Assembly (NCBI GenBank): GCA_000503875.1
Contig: CP006913.1
Span: 1,080,001 to 1,112,000 of the forward strand
Reading direction: 5' to 3'
Source of the DNA: Candidatus Saccharimonadota bacterium
Lineage (GTDB): Bacteria; Patescibacteriota; Gracilibacteria; Absconditabacterales; Absconditicoccaceae
DNA length: 32,000 bases
The notes beneath the pieces are model-generated. The model saw nothing but the letters and a program-made list of their open reading frames with translations. It was not told the DNA's origin and made no database searches. Positions within the stretch are counted from its first letter, which is position 1, and the number at the start of each line of letters is the position of its first letter. Positions 8,687 to 18,968 of the stretch are shown here, in pieces. Position numbers and translations under genes: made by a program.

Positions 8687-9592
8687 TTAGTAACCATAAC
8701 AACCATTGTCATCAACAACAATATAACTAGTTGTAAAACCAGTTACTGTCTGTCCAGGTGCTGGAGGATTTGCCAATCTTACATCAAATTGAGCAGTTCC
8801 ACCAGAGGTTGTTACATTTACACTTGATTGATTGTTTGGACTAACCAAAACATATGGACGAGACGATCCAATTAAACTAACAGTATAATCTGGAGTACCT
8901 CCAGTTACTGTTATAGTATAAGTAATAATCTCTGTCCCACAAAAACTTAATGGTTTGTTGTCCGAAATAGTAAATGTTGGTTGTTGATATACCTCCAAAA
9001 CAATAACTTCGGCGGTATAATCAATTGCACCCAAACAACTTGGGTTTTTAATCATAGCTCTAAATCTTTTAGTAACAGTCGAGCTATTTACCTGTAAAGT
9101 TAGAGAGTGGTTTATCGCTGAATAGTTTGGGTTTGCTGTTAAATTAACCCAGGAACCGGTCCATTCTTGCCACTGATAATCAAAATTTTCATTATAATCA
9201 GCTGCGAGAAAATTTCTTGTTGTATTTGGACAATCTCGAACATTTTGTTGAGTTAAAAGTCCAGAAGCAACACCAGGATTTGGAAATAATTTAACCCATT
9301 TTGTAGCAACAACTGTTGCCCCATTCATAAAATAAACAAATACATCAATCTCTGTAGAAAAAGTTAAAGTAGCTTGATTTCCTACAGCAGTAATACCTAT
9401 CGGATTTGATGTCCAAGAGGTAGAGGTAGCACCACCCAAAGATGCGGTTATAGTAACAACAGTTCCGGGTCTTACATTAATTACGTTGTTTGTACCATCT
9501 TTTGAATATTGGTCTGATGATACAGTAAGTGTTTGACCAAACATTGTTGTTGTTATAAAAACAAACAACAAAAAAACAATTTTTGTTTTCAT
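8687..9592 (-). CDS. Secreted protein (301 aa) sharing a C-terminal domain with the 7299..8582 product
   Basis: Signal peptide MKTKIVFLLFVFITTTMFGQ. No UGA. C-terminus ...ITYTITVTGGTPDYTVSLIGSSRPYVLVSPNNQ...TAQFDVRLANPPAPGQTVTGFTTSYIVVDDNGCYGY parallels the neighbouring gene. Confidence 0.8.
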   Translation of the reverse strand: MKTKIVFLLFVFITTTMFGQTLTVSSDQYSKDGTNNVINVRPGTVVTITASLGGATSTSWTSNPIGITAVGNQATLTFSTEIDVFVYFMNGATVVATKWVKLFPNPGVASGLLTQQNVRDCPNTTRNFLAADYNENFDYQWQEWTGSWVNLTANPNYSAINHSLTLQVNSSTVTKRFRAMIKNPSCLGAIDYTAEVIVLEVYQQPTFTISDNKPLSFCGTEIITYTITVTGGTPDYTVSLIGSSRPYVLVSPNNQSSVNVTTSGGTAQFDVRLANPPAPGQTVTGFTTSYIVVDDNGCYGY

Positions 9593-9782
9593 ATTTTTAA
9601 GTTTATTGGTTTTGCTTGTTAATTAACTCCTTCGTTATGAAAATAGGCTTTTTTACAACAAATTATAACTTCCTCATTTTCATACTGCTGTTATAACAAT
9701 TTAAATACAAAAGTCAAGACAATATACAAAAAAGAACATAAAAATAAATGACATAAATAGCCAGATTTTTTTTATATATATA

Positions 9783-9816
9783 AAAAAAATCCCCCTTACT
9801 AAGAAGAGGGATTTTT
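9783..9816 (-). terminator. Intrinsic terminator of the 9819..10958 gene
   Basis: The minus strand reads AAATCCCTCTT-cttagt-AAGGGGGATTT followed by a T8 run. Confidence 0.6.
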
Positions 9817-9818
9817 AA

Positions 9819-10958
9819 TTATTTTTGAAATTTTGCGAATTCTTTAAAATATGTTTCTAAATATGTTCTAGCCAATGGTAAATATTCTTTTTGTTTCATA
9901 TCAAGTACTAAATATAATATTCCCAAGAAATCATTATATAATTTTGTAAGTGCTCCTATTTCTTTATAAACAAGAATTTTACTATCACTTGTCAGATTTT
10001 CAAAATTTTCTATCATATAACTTGGATCTGTCACTTTCAAAAGTTTTTTATTGATTGCTGTATATAAACTTCTATTTAAACTTAATATTGTTTTTTTTAT
10101 TAAGGCTTGTCTATATTTTGGTACAAAAATTCTAATTTTTATTCATTGAGGAGTGTATTCATAAACAACGCTTTTTTCTTCTTTAATAATTTCTAATATT
10201 GCATCAACACCCGTTCCCAAAGAAACATTACATGTTTTTCCAAGACTTCATCCCGCACAATAATATCCTGTCTTGAGGGTATAAATACCGTTTGTACAAG
10301 TAAGATATATATCAGAACACATAGAACTTGATCCTCAACCTCATCATCCTCCTACTGTTCATCAAGTAATATTTACAGTAAATGAAGGTATATTTAAAGG
10401 TGTACTAACATTTCCCGCTAAATCTTGTCAAATAATAGAACAATTATTATAAACTCAATTAATTAAATTAGAAAAGGTAATTGTGTTGTTTCAAGTATTA
10501 GCGTTTATAGAACAAGTTCAACAAGATCATAAACAAGATATTGTTACTGGTCCTTCACTAGAACTAAATCAAAATGTAGCTGTTCTATTTAAAACAGAAA
10601 CACCTAAACTAGATAAAATAGGATTTGTTATATCACTAGACACTATAGTACAACTTTCTCATTTGTTTTTAAATACAGTTTCACAATAACATCAATCAGG
10701 ATCTCAACAAAGTTCTCAATTTAAAATATTAGTCGTATTTAAATCCATTGCTGGATCGCCTGGAGTACATGTACCTCAATTACTTAAATTAGGTACTGTT
10801 GTTAAACCACAAAGACATCCTCAACCAGTTTCACATAATTCTCAAGTATTACAAATTAATCCACCTGCTAAACTACAAGCTCCATATACAACTACACCAA
10901 AAAAATATCCAGCTCCTGCTAAAATAACTAATAATAACAATTTTGACACGTTTTTCAT
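9819..10958 (-). CDS. Secreted Cys- and Gly-rich hypothetical protein (379 aa), very UGA-rich
   Basis: ATG at 10958 (MKNVSKLLLLVILAGAGYFFG...). I checked every codon down to ORF 9819..10040: there is no in-frame TAA/TAG and more than 25 in-frame TGAs. One run reads TGGTVGGGGGGGSSS (10323-10367). Confidence 0.75.
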
Positions 10959-11078
10959 AATATATTTAGTAAATAGATAAACAATGTTTTTCTTTTTTTA
11001 TCTTTTTACTATAAAATGTCAAGTCTTTTTTCTGTCTTTTTTATTTAAAGAAAAAAAGCTATTTAAAGCTTTTAAAAA

Positions 11079-11155
11079 TGGAGCAAGCAACGGGATTTGA
11101 ACCCGCAACCTCTTCCTTGGCAAGGAAGCGCTCTAGCCAATTGAGCTATGCCTGC
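11079..11155 (-). tRNA. tRNA-Gly(GCC), CCA encoded
   Basis: Revcomp GCAGGCATAGCTCAATTGGCTAGAGCGCTTCCTTGCCAAGGAAGAGGTTGCGGGTTCAAATCCCGTTGCTTGCTCCA. Anticodon stem is CTTCC/GGAAG, loop TTGCCAA, discriminator U. Confidence 0.9.
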
Positions 11156-11197
11156 GTTTTTATAGTAAGTATCTGTTAGAGAAAACATCTGAATATA

Positions 11198-11259
11198 TAA
11201 TCAAGCGCTCCTTGTCCTCTTTAGAGGATAGCCAATTGAGCTATGCCTGCGTTTTTATA
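11198..11259 (-). repeat. Partial duplicate of the tRNA-Gly(GCC) leader plus tRNA nt 1-22, fused to the same 38-nt module as at 129-166
   Basis: 11229-11259 is an exact 31-nt copy of 11134-11164. 11198-11235 is identical to 129-166. Confidence 0.85.
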
Positions 11260-11665
11260 CTTCTATAATTTCTAATTTACTTTCTTCTTTTTCTTTTTTT
11301 GCTTTTGCACTAACAAAAAAATTAGTCCAAGCTAAAACAACTAGAAAAGATCATAATATTTTAACTAAATCACTAATATAAACATAAGATTCAATATTAT
11401 TTATCAAAACACTATCTCATATTAAAACCAAAGCTATTCATAGAACAAACAAACTAACTTTATTAATTTTCATATATATAGGATGTATTGCAAACAAAAC
11501 AAATAAATAAATTCCAACTATAGCTAAAATACTATAATACAATGTATTAAATTCCAAAAATCATTCACTAACAATAATTTTTGAAGAAAAAAATAAATAA
11601 GCTATATATCATATAAATCATCATGAAATAATTCATATAGAAATTCTTTTTAATAAATCTTTCAT
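11255..11665 (-). CDS. Hypothetical membrane protein (136 aa)
   Basis: ATG at 11665, TAA at 11255-11257. All codons checked; 9 in-frame TGAs. MKDLLKRISIGIISGGFIGYIAYLFF... has about 4 hydrophobic helices and a KAKKEKEESK tail. Confidence 0.55.
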
Positions 11666-12032
11666 TTTTTACAATAAAAAAATAAAGCTCTCTATACATA
11701 GGAATTTATTAGTTATTTTCAAGTCTTTATATTTAATTTTTTACTAAATATTTTTTAAACAAAAGCTTTTATATTAATATAATATTATATAAGTAATAAA
11801 AATTAAAAATAATAATAAGACAAAATTATTAACAAAATGTTTATTTAGATACAAACAAATACTAACCTACACAAAACAATATATTTCAAAAAAAATAAAA
11901 TGTAGAAATGTAGAAAAAATAAACAATATTTTAAAAATAATATATAATTATGGTAAAAATAAAAACACAGTCTTAAACCGTGTTTTATATATAAAATATA
12001 GATCTAAACCCACAAAACAAATTGTTGAATTT

Positions 12033-12410
12033 TTATTGAAAAAGATTTACAACCAATCTTATAACAGAATATGATAAAATTGATATTAAAATACCTATTA
12101 AAGCTCACATAAGAAGCTTATTTGTTTTTTTCATTTTTTCAGCATCACCACTAGCAGTAATTAATTGAATACCACCAAAAACTAAAACTCACATACAAAC
12201 AGCACCAAGACCAAACCATAAGTATTGGTTAATCATTTGAATAGTATCAAAAAAAGTTCCTTCATCTCCAGAAATTTGTTCAGGTCCCACAACAGCGATA
12301 TCTTCATTTCCTTGAGTACGAGGAAGTTCAACAGTAATAGCAAAAGATTGTTGAAAAGAAAAACTGAGTACAATTAATCCAAACAATCCAAATATAGCTT
12401 TTTTAAACAT
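12033..12410 (-). CDS. VirB2/TrbC-like (T4SS-type) pilin family protein (125 aa)
   Basis: Signal peptide MFKKAIFGLFGLIVLSFSFQQSFA. C-terminus ...INQYLWFGLGAVCMGVLVFGGIQLITASGDAEKMKKTNKLLMGALIGILISILSYSVIRLVVNLFQ has the two-helix layout and the GD..K...K motif of the T4SS_pilin family common in CPR genomes. Frame checked; 2 UGA. Confidence 0.65.
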
Positions 12411-12432
12411 AATTATTATTTAAAGATAAATA

Positions 12433-13206
12433 TTATTCAACAGTAGCTTGTTGTCTAGTAGTAGAATTACCATCAGATGTTCTTGGTGTAGTAGTATTTG
12501 TATTTGTTGAAGAAGTAGTGCTTGTTGAAAAAGAACCACCGGATGTTCTTGGTGTAGAAGAGGTACTGGTTGTTACAATACTTTCATCAGCTTCAGGCAT
12601 ATCATCAGGATTTAAACTACTTAAAGTTATAGAACTAATAAGATTTATTAGAGCAACACTAGACAAAGCCAATAAAATACCGCCAACGACATATATAATA
12701 TTGTCTTTAGCATCTTTTACATCACCTCATTTTGCAGATTCAATTACCCACAAAATACCATTATACAAAATCATAGTAATTGACAATACTATAGTCATTC
12801 TAAGCAAAAACTTTGTAATTCTTACTATCAAAGGAGCTTGTTTTTCAGAATCAAAAGCGGAAATATCCATATCTCCTCCCAAAATATCCTGACAAAAACT
12901 CTTACTGTTTCATTGATATCAACTTTCATCTATTTGTTTTTCAATATCATCACTAGTAACAAGTTGTCAATTTACAAAACAACCATCTCAAAAATTTTCA
13001 TTAAATCATAATTGAGTAGATTCTTTAAAAACTTCGTTACCTACTGCATTTTTTGTACTTCATAGATCAATAACTTTTTCGTATCCTTTGGCTGGCTGGA
13101 ACATAACATCCATAATATCTCTAACAGCAAAAGTACTACTCAAAGACACAAGTAATCCTAGACCCAAAAACAATCCAACAATTTTTTTCTTACCATACAT
13201 ATACAT
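12433..13206 (-). CDS. Larger VirB2/TrbC-like pilin family protein with a Ser/Thr-rich tail (257 aa)
   Basis: Signal peptide MYMYGKKKIVGLFLGLGLLVSLSSTFA. ...ITMILYNGILWVIESAKGGDVKDAKDNIIYVVGGILLALSSVALINLI is followed by TSTSSTPRTSGGSFSTSTTSSTNTNTTTPRTS. All codons checked; 8 UGA. Confidence 0.6.
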
Positions 13207-13219
13207 TATATATTGTTAA

Positions 13220-13630
13220 TTATAAATTATTCAATAGATCGTCGGCTTCTTGGTCTTCTTTTTCTTCATGAGCAGCCTCTTTTTGTTGTATTTGAACTAT
13301 TTTATTTTGATAAGCATTTTCATCAAATTTATCAACATATTTATTAATAACTTCATCTTTTTTCTGTTCATATTTTTTTTCAATTTCTTCTAATTTTTGT
13401 CTTTCTCTTATCAAAATATCACGTAGTTTATCCACTTGATCCTGACTCATCAATGGCAAAAGATCAAACCAAGACTGTTTTTCTTGTTGTGTATCCAATG
13501 ATTTTGAATTCAAAACCAAAATAATAATATCTGACATTGTTTCCAAAAATGTATCAGAAATACTATAGTTTTTAGCTACATCCCACAATTCTTGAGGTAG
13601 TTTTTTTTGAATAAGTTCTATATTAACCAT
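13220..13630 (-). CDS. Hypothetical acidic coiled-coil protein (136 aa)
   Basis: Intact ORF. KLRDILIRERQKLEEIEKKYEQKKDEV... suggests a coiled coil. It sits in an operon position between pilT and the pilin-like genes. Confidence 0.65.
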   Translation of the reverse strand: MVNIELIQKKLPQELWDVAKNYSISDTFLETMSDIIILVLNSKSLDTQQEKQSWFDLLPLMSQDQVDKLRDILIRERQKLEEIEKKYEQKKDEVINKYVDKFDENAYQNKIVQIQQKEAAHEEKEDQEADDLLNNL

Positions 13631-13656
13631 AATTTTATAATAAAAGGTAAATATTT

Positions 13657-13848
13657 TTATTGTTCCAATTCTTTTAATCTGTTTTCAAATTCATTATCGG
13701 CCTTTTTTTCTTCTTGTTCATGATAGATATCGTTTCTGGCCTTGATTATAGGTACTTTTTTCATTATTTTTTTCATTTTTTCAATTTCTTTTTTGGTAAG
13801 CGGTCTTGGATTTCAACCACCACCATATCTAAACATAGCATCAGTCAT
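13657..13848 (-). CDS. Small hypothetical protein (63 aa)
   Basis: MTDAMFRYGGG-[TGA]-NPRPLTKKEIEKMKKIMKKVPIIKARNDIYHEQEEKKADNEFENRLKELEQ-TAA. It is tightly spaced within the operon. Confidence 0.35.
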
Positions 13849-13878
13849 TGTTTTCTACTCTAAAAACTAAAGAGATGT

Positions 13879-14934
13879 TCATTTCATCAACCAATCAACC
13901 TCTTTTGGATCTATAATTTGTTTATCAATAAGTCTTTGTGTATATTTTTTGAGGTTAATCATACCAATTAATGAAGAAGTTTCTATAATATTATCAAGTT
14001 GTTCAATTTCTTTCTTTTTAATATTATTTCTTACAGAGGTTGTATTAAGCATTAATTCATAGATACCTACCCTACTTCCCATTTTGCTTTTTACTAACAT
14101 TTGTGATTGCACTCCAATCAACGAAGCTGCCAATCTATCACAAACGCTTTCTTGGATTTCTGGAGGAAAGAAAGAAATAAGTCTATTTACAGTATTTGCG
14201 GCTGAATTTGTGTGTAATGTACTAAATACTAAGTGACCCGTTTCCGCAAGACTCAACGCTGATTCAGCTGTCTCTCTATCACGAATCTCTCCTACAAAAA
14301 TAATATCTGGATCTTCACGTAAAGAAGCCCTCAATGCGTTTGGAAAAGACCACGTATCATGACCTATTTCTCTTTGAGAAATAATACATTTTTTGGGAGA
14401 AAACACGAATTCAATAGGGTCTTCGATAGTAATCATATTTTCAGCTCTTGTTTGATTAATTTCTTCAAGCATTGCTACCAAAGAAGTTGATTTACCAGAA
14501 CCTGTAGGCCCAGTAACCAGATACAATCCTTTCTTTTGATTTAAAACATTTTTTCTAATGCTGTCGGCTATATCAGTAAACATAAGTTCTTCAACTTTTT
14601 TAGCGGTTCCATTAATTTTTCTCATTACAACGCCCAATCTTCCTGTTTTAAAGAAAGCGTTTACTCTATAAGGGATTCCTGTTTTGGATATATAAGCAAA
14701 ATCGGCTTCTTTATCTCATAGAAATTTATCAAATCTTTGTGGATTTCCTGCAAGAAGTTGTCTAAGAATAAGTTCCATGCTTTCATTGCTTAGCTTTCCA
14801 GCTTTTTCTTCTCTAATTACCTCTCCATTTAATCTATAAGCAATACTTTCTCCACCAGAAAGATGAAGATCAGAAATATTTACATTTTTTTCAATAAGAG
14901 AGAGAATTTGCTCTATATCAAAGCTTGCTGCCAT
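13879..14934 (-). CDS. pilT: Type IV pilus retraction ATPase PilT (351 aa)
   Basis: ORFs 13879..14637 and 14716..15006 are in frame and joined through TGA 14716-14718. MAASFDIEQ...DLHLSGGE..., Walker A GPTGSGKST, ITIEDPIEF, LREDPDIIFVGEIRDRETA, ETGHLVFSTLHT. Confidence 0.9.
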
Positions 14935-15083
14935 GGTATACAATACAAAATAAAAACGATTCAATCTAAGTATACCCAGAAAACAAAAAAAAAGCAAATT
15001 TTTCACAACTTTTTTCTCTTGATGTTAAACACAATTATTGTATAATGCAACGCGCTTAAAATTTATTATTTTTTTGGTGCAAA

Positions 15084-16595
15084 ATGAGAAACAAATTTAT
15101 TCACAAAAGAATTTGAGATATACCAAAGTACAATACGTACGGAGATATGGTAAAATGATGATCAAAAAAGAAAAGTCTGATTAATATTTTTGTAACAATC
15201 CTTTGTATTCTTTGCATAGGATATTTTGGTAAATTTGTTATTCAAGCTGGTCAATCTATTGCTCATACTATAGGACAGTCAACAGTAAATATTGTCAGTA
15301 AAAGATTGGGAAAAGATATGATAGCAGATGAATATGGAAATATAAATGTCATGATTATTGGTTACGGTGGAGCAAATCATGCAGGTTGATACTTGGCAGA
15401 TTCTATTATGGTTGCTTCCTGGAACAAAAAATTAGGAGCGGTAACTATGATATCTGTTCCTAGAGATTTTTATGTAACAAACAAAGAAACAAGAGTTTTT
15501 GGAAGGATAAACGAAGTTTTTTCTAGAGGAGTAGGAAGAAAACATGAATTTGATACAGGAGCAAAAGCTATGATAGGCCAATTAGAAGAAGTGATTGGCG
15601 TTAAAATTCCTTATTATGCACTCATTGATTTTGAAGGATTTAAAAAAGTAATTGATACATTGGGTTGAATAGAAATAGATGTCCCTAAAGTTATTCATGA
15701 TACCACATATCCTACAGAAAATATGGGATATATGACTTTACACGTAAACACAGGTGTTCAGTTATTTAGTGGAGAAAGAGCCTTAATGTATGCAAGGTCT
15801 AGACATTCAACATCTGATTTTGATAGATCTCTAAGACAACAACAAATTATGAAAGCAATAGTTACCAAGTTTATGCAACAAGGACTTAAACCAACAAAAA
15901 TTAAACAATTATACGCAGACTATACGGCCATGGTAAAAACAAACATTTCCTTAGACGAAATGATTGGTTTAGCACAATATGTTGATAATTTAAAAAACAT
16001 ATTTTCATTCTGATTAACGACTGATTGTAGCAATGTAGCACATAGGTATTCATATCCATGATGTTTTTTGTATGCCCCAGATTCGGTTAATTTTTGATGA
16101 GCATCGGTTATATTGCCAGTGTGATCAGATAAAGCCAACCCATCAAATTATCAATATATCAATAACTTTGCCTTTTACGTAATGCACAACCAAGAATATC
16201 TTATAGAAAACCCTCAAATTACTATTTGGAATTGAATAGACAAACAATACGCCCAACAGCAAAAAGTAAAAACTGATGGCCATGCGAATCAGGTTGCCGT
16301 AAAACTCAAAAAATACGCATTTAATATACCTGTTACCAAAAACGCACCTAGCCCATATTTACAGACAGAACTTTATATTTTGGGGACAGGAAATTATGAC
16401 AACACCATAAATATGTTAAAATCTTTGGTAGCTATAGACAATGTTGTTCCTTTTAGCGAAAGATCCCCAGAAGAACCATTTATTTGACCAGAAGAAATTT
16501 ATCAAGAACAACTAAGTTGAACAGAACTTTTGCTTATTTTGGGAAATAAATATGTAGATAGAGCAAAATGAAAAAGATTTGATTATTACAAATAA
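15084..16595 (+). CDS. LytR-CpsA-Psr (LCP) family cell-envelope phosphotransferase (503 aa)
   Basis: N-terminal TM segment. ...GG-[TGA]-YLADSIMVASWNKKLGAVTMISVPRDFYV...INEVF...YYALIDFEGFKKVIDTLG-[TGA]-IEIDVP...LFSGERALMYARSRH. ORFs 15393.. and 15723.. are in frame. TAA at 16593. Confidence 0.85.
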
Positions 16596-16631
16596 ATAAT
16601 AATAACCTAATTTTATAAGCTAATAAAAATT

Positions 16632-17360
16632 ATGCTTCCAAAAGAAGTATTAGAGCAAAAAGAATCTATAAAAGGTTTTCTAAAAAATCTATGAATTCCT
16701 GTAGAAAAAATTAAAGACGAAACACTGTTTTTTCAAACATTTGTTCACAAATCATTTGCTGCAGATTACAAACAAATGTTGCTTCACAACGAAAGATTAG
16801 AATTTTTGGGTGATGGTATTCTTTCTGCAGTAACCAACAAACTTTTGTTTATTAATTATCCAGAATACTCGGAAGCAGACCTTACTTTATACAAAATAGC
16901 CTTGGTCAGAGAGGAAACCCTTGCAGAAGTAGCAAAAGAGATAGACTTGGACAAATATATCTTTGTCAGTAAATGAGAAGAAAAAATGCAAGGAAGAAAG
17001 AAAAATGCCATTTTATCAGATTGTTTAGAATCATTATTGTGATTTCTGTATGTAGAACTTGGAAATGAAGTAGTTGAAGCATTTATTACCAAATATATTT
17101 TTAGTAAAATTTGAACTATTAGTAAAGATCCTGTCAAAAGCTACAAAACTATGATCCAAGAATATGTCCAAAAAGAATATAAAGAACTTCCTATATACAA
17201 AGATAATGAATATAGTGTCGACGAAAAAGGAAACCCTATAACTTACCAATCAGAAATATATGTTTGAGACAAAAAAGTAGCTGAAGGACTTGGTTCCAAC
17301 AAAAAGAAAGCACAGGAAGACGCTGCCAAAAAATACTATTGAACAATAAAGAAAGAATAG
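16632..17360 (+). CDS. rnc: Ribonuclease III (242 aa)
   Basis: Signature HNERLEFLGDGIL. ...NAILSDCLESLL-[TGA]-FLYVE..., and a C-terminal dsRBD-like KKKAQEDAAKKYY. TAG at 17358. Confidence 0.9.
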
Positions 17361-17489
17361 ATTTTATTTCTTGTTATGGCAAGATAGTACAAGAGTTAAG
17401 GTCTAAGTACTAAGAACTAGGCTATTCTCTCTTGAAAACATATACCAAATCTATAAAAGATACTGACGTTTTATTTTTTATGTTTACAA

Positions 17490-18455
17490 ATGATTAAGAA
17501 ATTTTCTATTATCAAAAGAGCCTATATCCGATTAACAGTTGGGTGATTACTTCTTATAGGTGCATGGACATTGTTTTTTATGAACATAAGACTTTCAGAA
17601 GAATTTACTGGTGGGGTAAAAATAACTATAGCCGCTACGGTTGATGAACAAAAACTAAACGATTCTTTAACAAAATATCTTATAGACCAAAAATATCCAA
17701 ATAGCAACGTTCTCGTACAAATAAATGACGAAGAAACAGATATTTCTATTAGAACTAGAGTAGAAAATGACGAAAAGGTAAACGAACTATCAAAAGAACT
17801 AAAAACATTTCTTCTCGAAGGAGAATATATCACCTCTCAAGACCAAGTAATAGCACAAACAATAACGGGTCCTAGCGTAGGAGATTATATGAAAACATCA
17901 GCAAGAAATGCTTTACTTGTTGGATTGGCATTGATGGCTATTTACATGCTTTTCTCTTTTGCGGCCATTAGAAAATCAGTATCTCCAAGTATATTGGCTA
18001 TCGTTACTATCGTTACTATGATTTTCGATGTATCTATTCCTGCTGGAGCATTTGGATTCTTAATGATGATCGATCATTCTATAGCTATAGATTCAGTATT
18101 TATTATAGCGATTTTGGCCAATATGTGATATAGTATCAACGATACCATTATTGTTTTCGATAGAATTAGAGAAAATATTCAAAACAAGAACGAAAAGAAT
18201 ATTGTCTATGGAAAATTGTTTGATGATAGTGTCCGACAAACTATGAGAAGATCTTTTGGAACAGTATTTTCAACCTTTCTAGTAATTGTTTGTATGTATA
18301 TTTTTGGAACTGGTGCAGTAAAAGATTTTGCCTTCACTATTGGAATAGGAGTTATTGCTGGATCATATTCATCAATCTTTATATCAGCTCCATTGGCATA
18401 TATTATGATGGGAAAATATAAAAAAGAAAGAAAAGCAATGTCAGAAATCAACTAA
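17490..18455 (+). CDS. secF: Protein-export membrane protein SecF (321 aa)
   Basis: ORFs 17571.. and 18216.. are in frame and joined by TGA 18126-18128, giving ANM-G-YSINDTIIVFDRIRENI, the SecD/SecF GYSxNDTIVxFDRxREN motif. Six TM segments. Confidence 0.85.
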
Positions 18456-18476
18456 TATCTCTTTATATATTCTAGA

Positions 18477-18505
18477 AAAGACACTCAAAAGGTGTCTTTT
18501 TCTTG
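18477..18505 (+). terminator. Intrinsic terminator after secF
   Basis: AAAGACAC-tcaaaag-GTGTCTTT followed by a T-run. Confidence 0.7.
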
Positions 18506-18562
18506 TTTTAAAAAAGAAAAATAGTATAACGGCATAAATTTATTTCAATATTTTTAAGATAT

Positions 18563-18964
18563 ATGAACGAATACTGGTATACACTATTTTTAACAATTAG
18601 TTTACTATGATTAATTGGTGTATATATATTACCAAAGAAATACATTTTTCTCCAAGAATCCTGGGGTCTATCTCAAATATTTTTATGGCTGTCCTTACGG
18701 ATGGGTGATTTCTATCTAAATATTTGAGCATTCCCTATAAAAGCATTTATATATCCAAATTGTGGTGCGTGTTGATCAGACTTTCCTAATGAATGAAGCT
18801 TATCTTTATTCATTATTAACTGGTTTTTTCGAATACTAATAACTACATTTATATTCTATTTTCTTCCCAGAAGTTCAAAAAAGAAAAGAGGTATATGGTT
18901 AAATAGTATAGCTATAGTTTGTATGTTTCTTTGATTTCTTTATTTATTAATAAGATTTGATTAA
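18563..18964 (+). CDS. Hypothetical membrane protein (133 aa)
   Basis: MNEYWYTLFLTISLL-G-LIGVYILPKK... has 5 in-frame TGAs and is hydrophobic. TAA at 18962. Confidence 0.5.
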
Positions 18965-18968
18965 TAGC

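Noticed and set aside
11666-12032. A ~370-bp extremely AT-rich gap with atgtagaa direct repeats as a replication origin
   Set aside because: I found no DnaA-box-like 9-mers (TTATCCACA or its complement), and no dnaA or dnaN lies nearby. It is most simply a promoter/terminator region (hairpin AAACAC..GTGTTT at ~11966-11988) between two minus-strand genes.
12518-12892. 124-aa plus-strand ORF
   Set aside because: It is antisense to the pilin-like gene 12433..13206, which has a signal peptide and family-typical C-terminal helices.
14863-18451. Short opposite-strand ORFs 14863.., 15920.., 16856.., 17034.., 17522.., 18206..
   Set aside because: Each is antisense to a confidently identified gene (pilT, LCP, rnc, secF).
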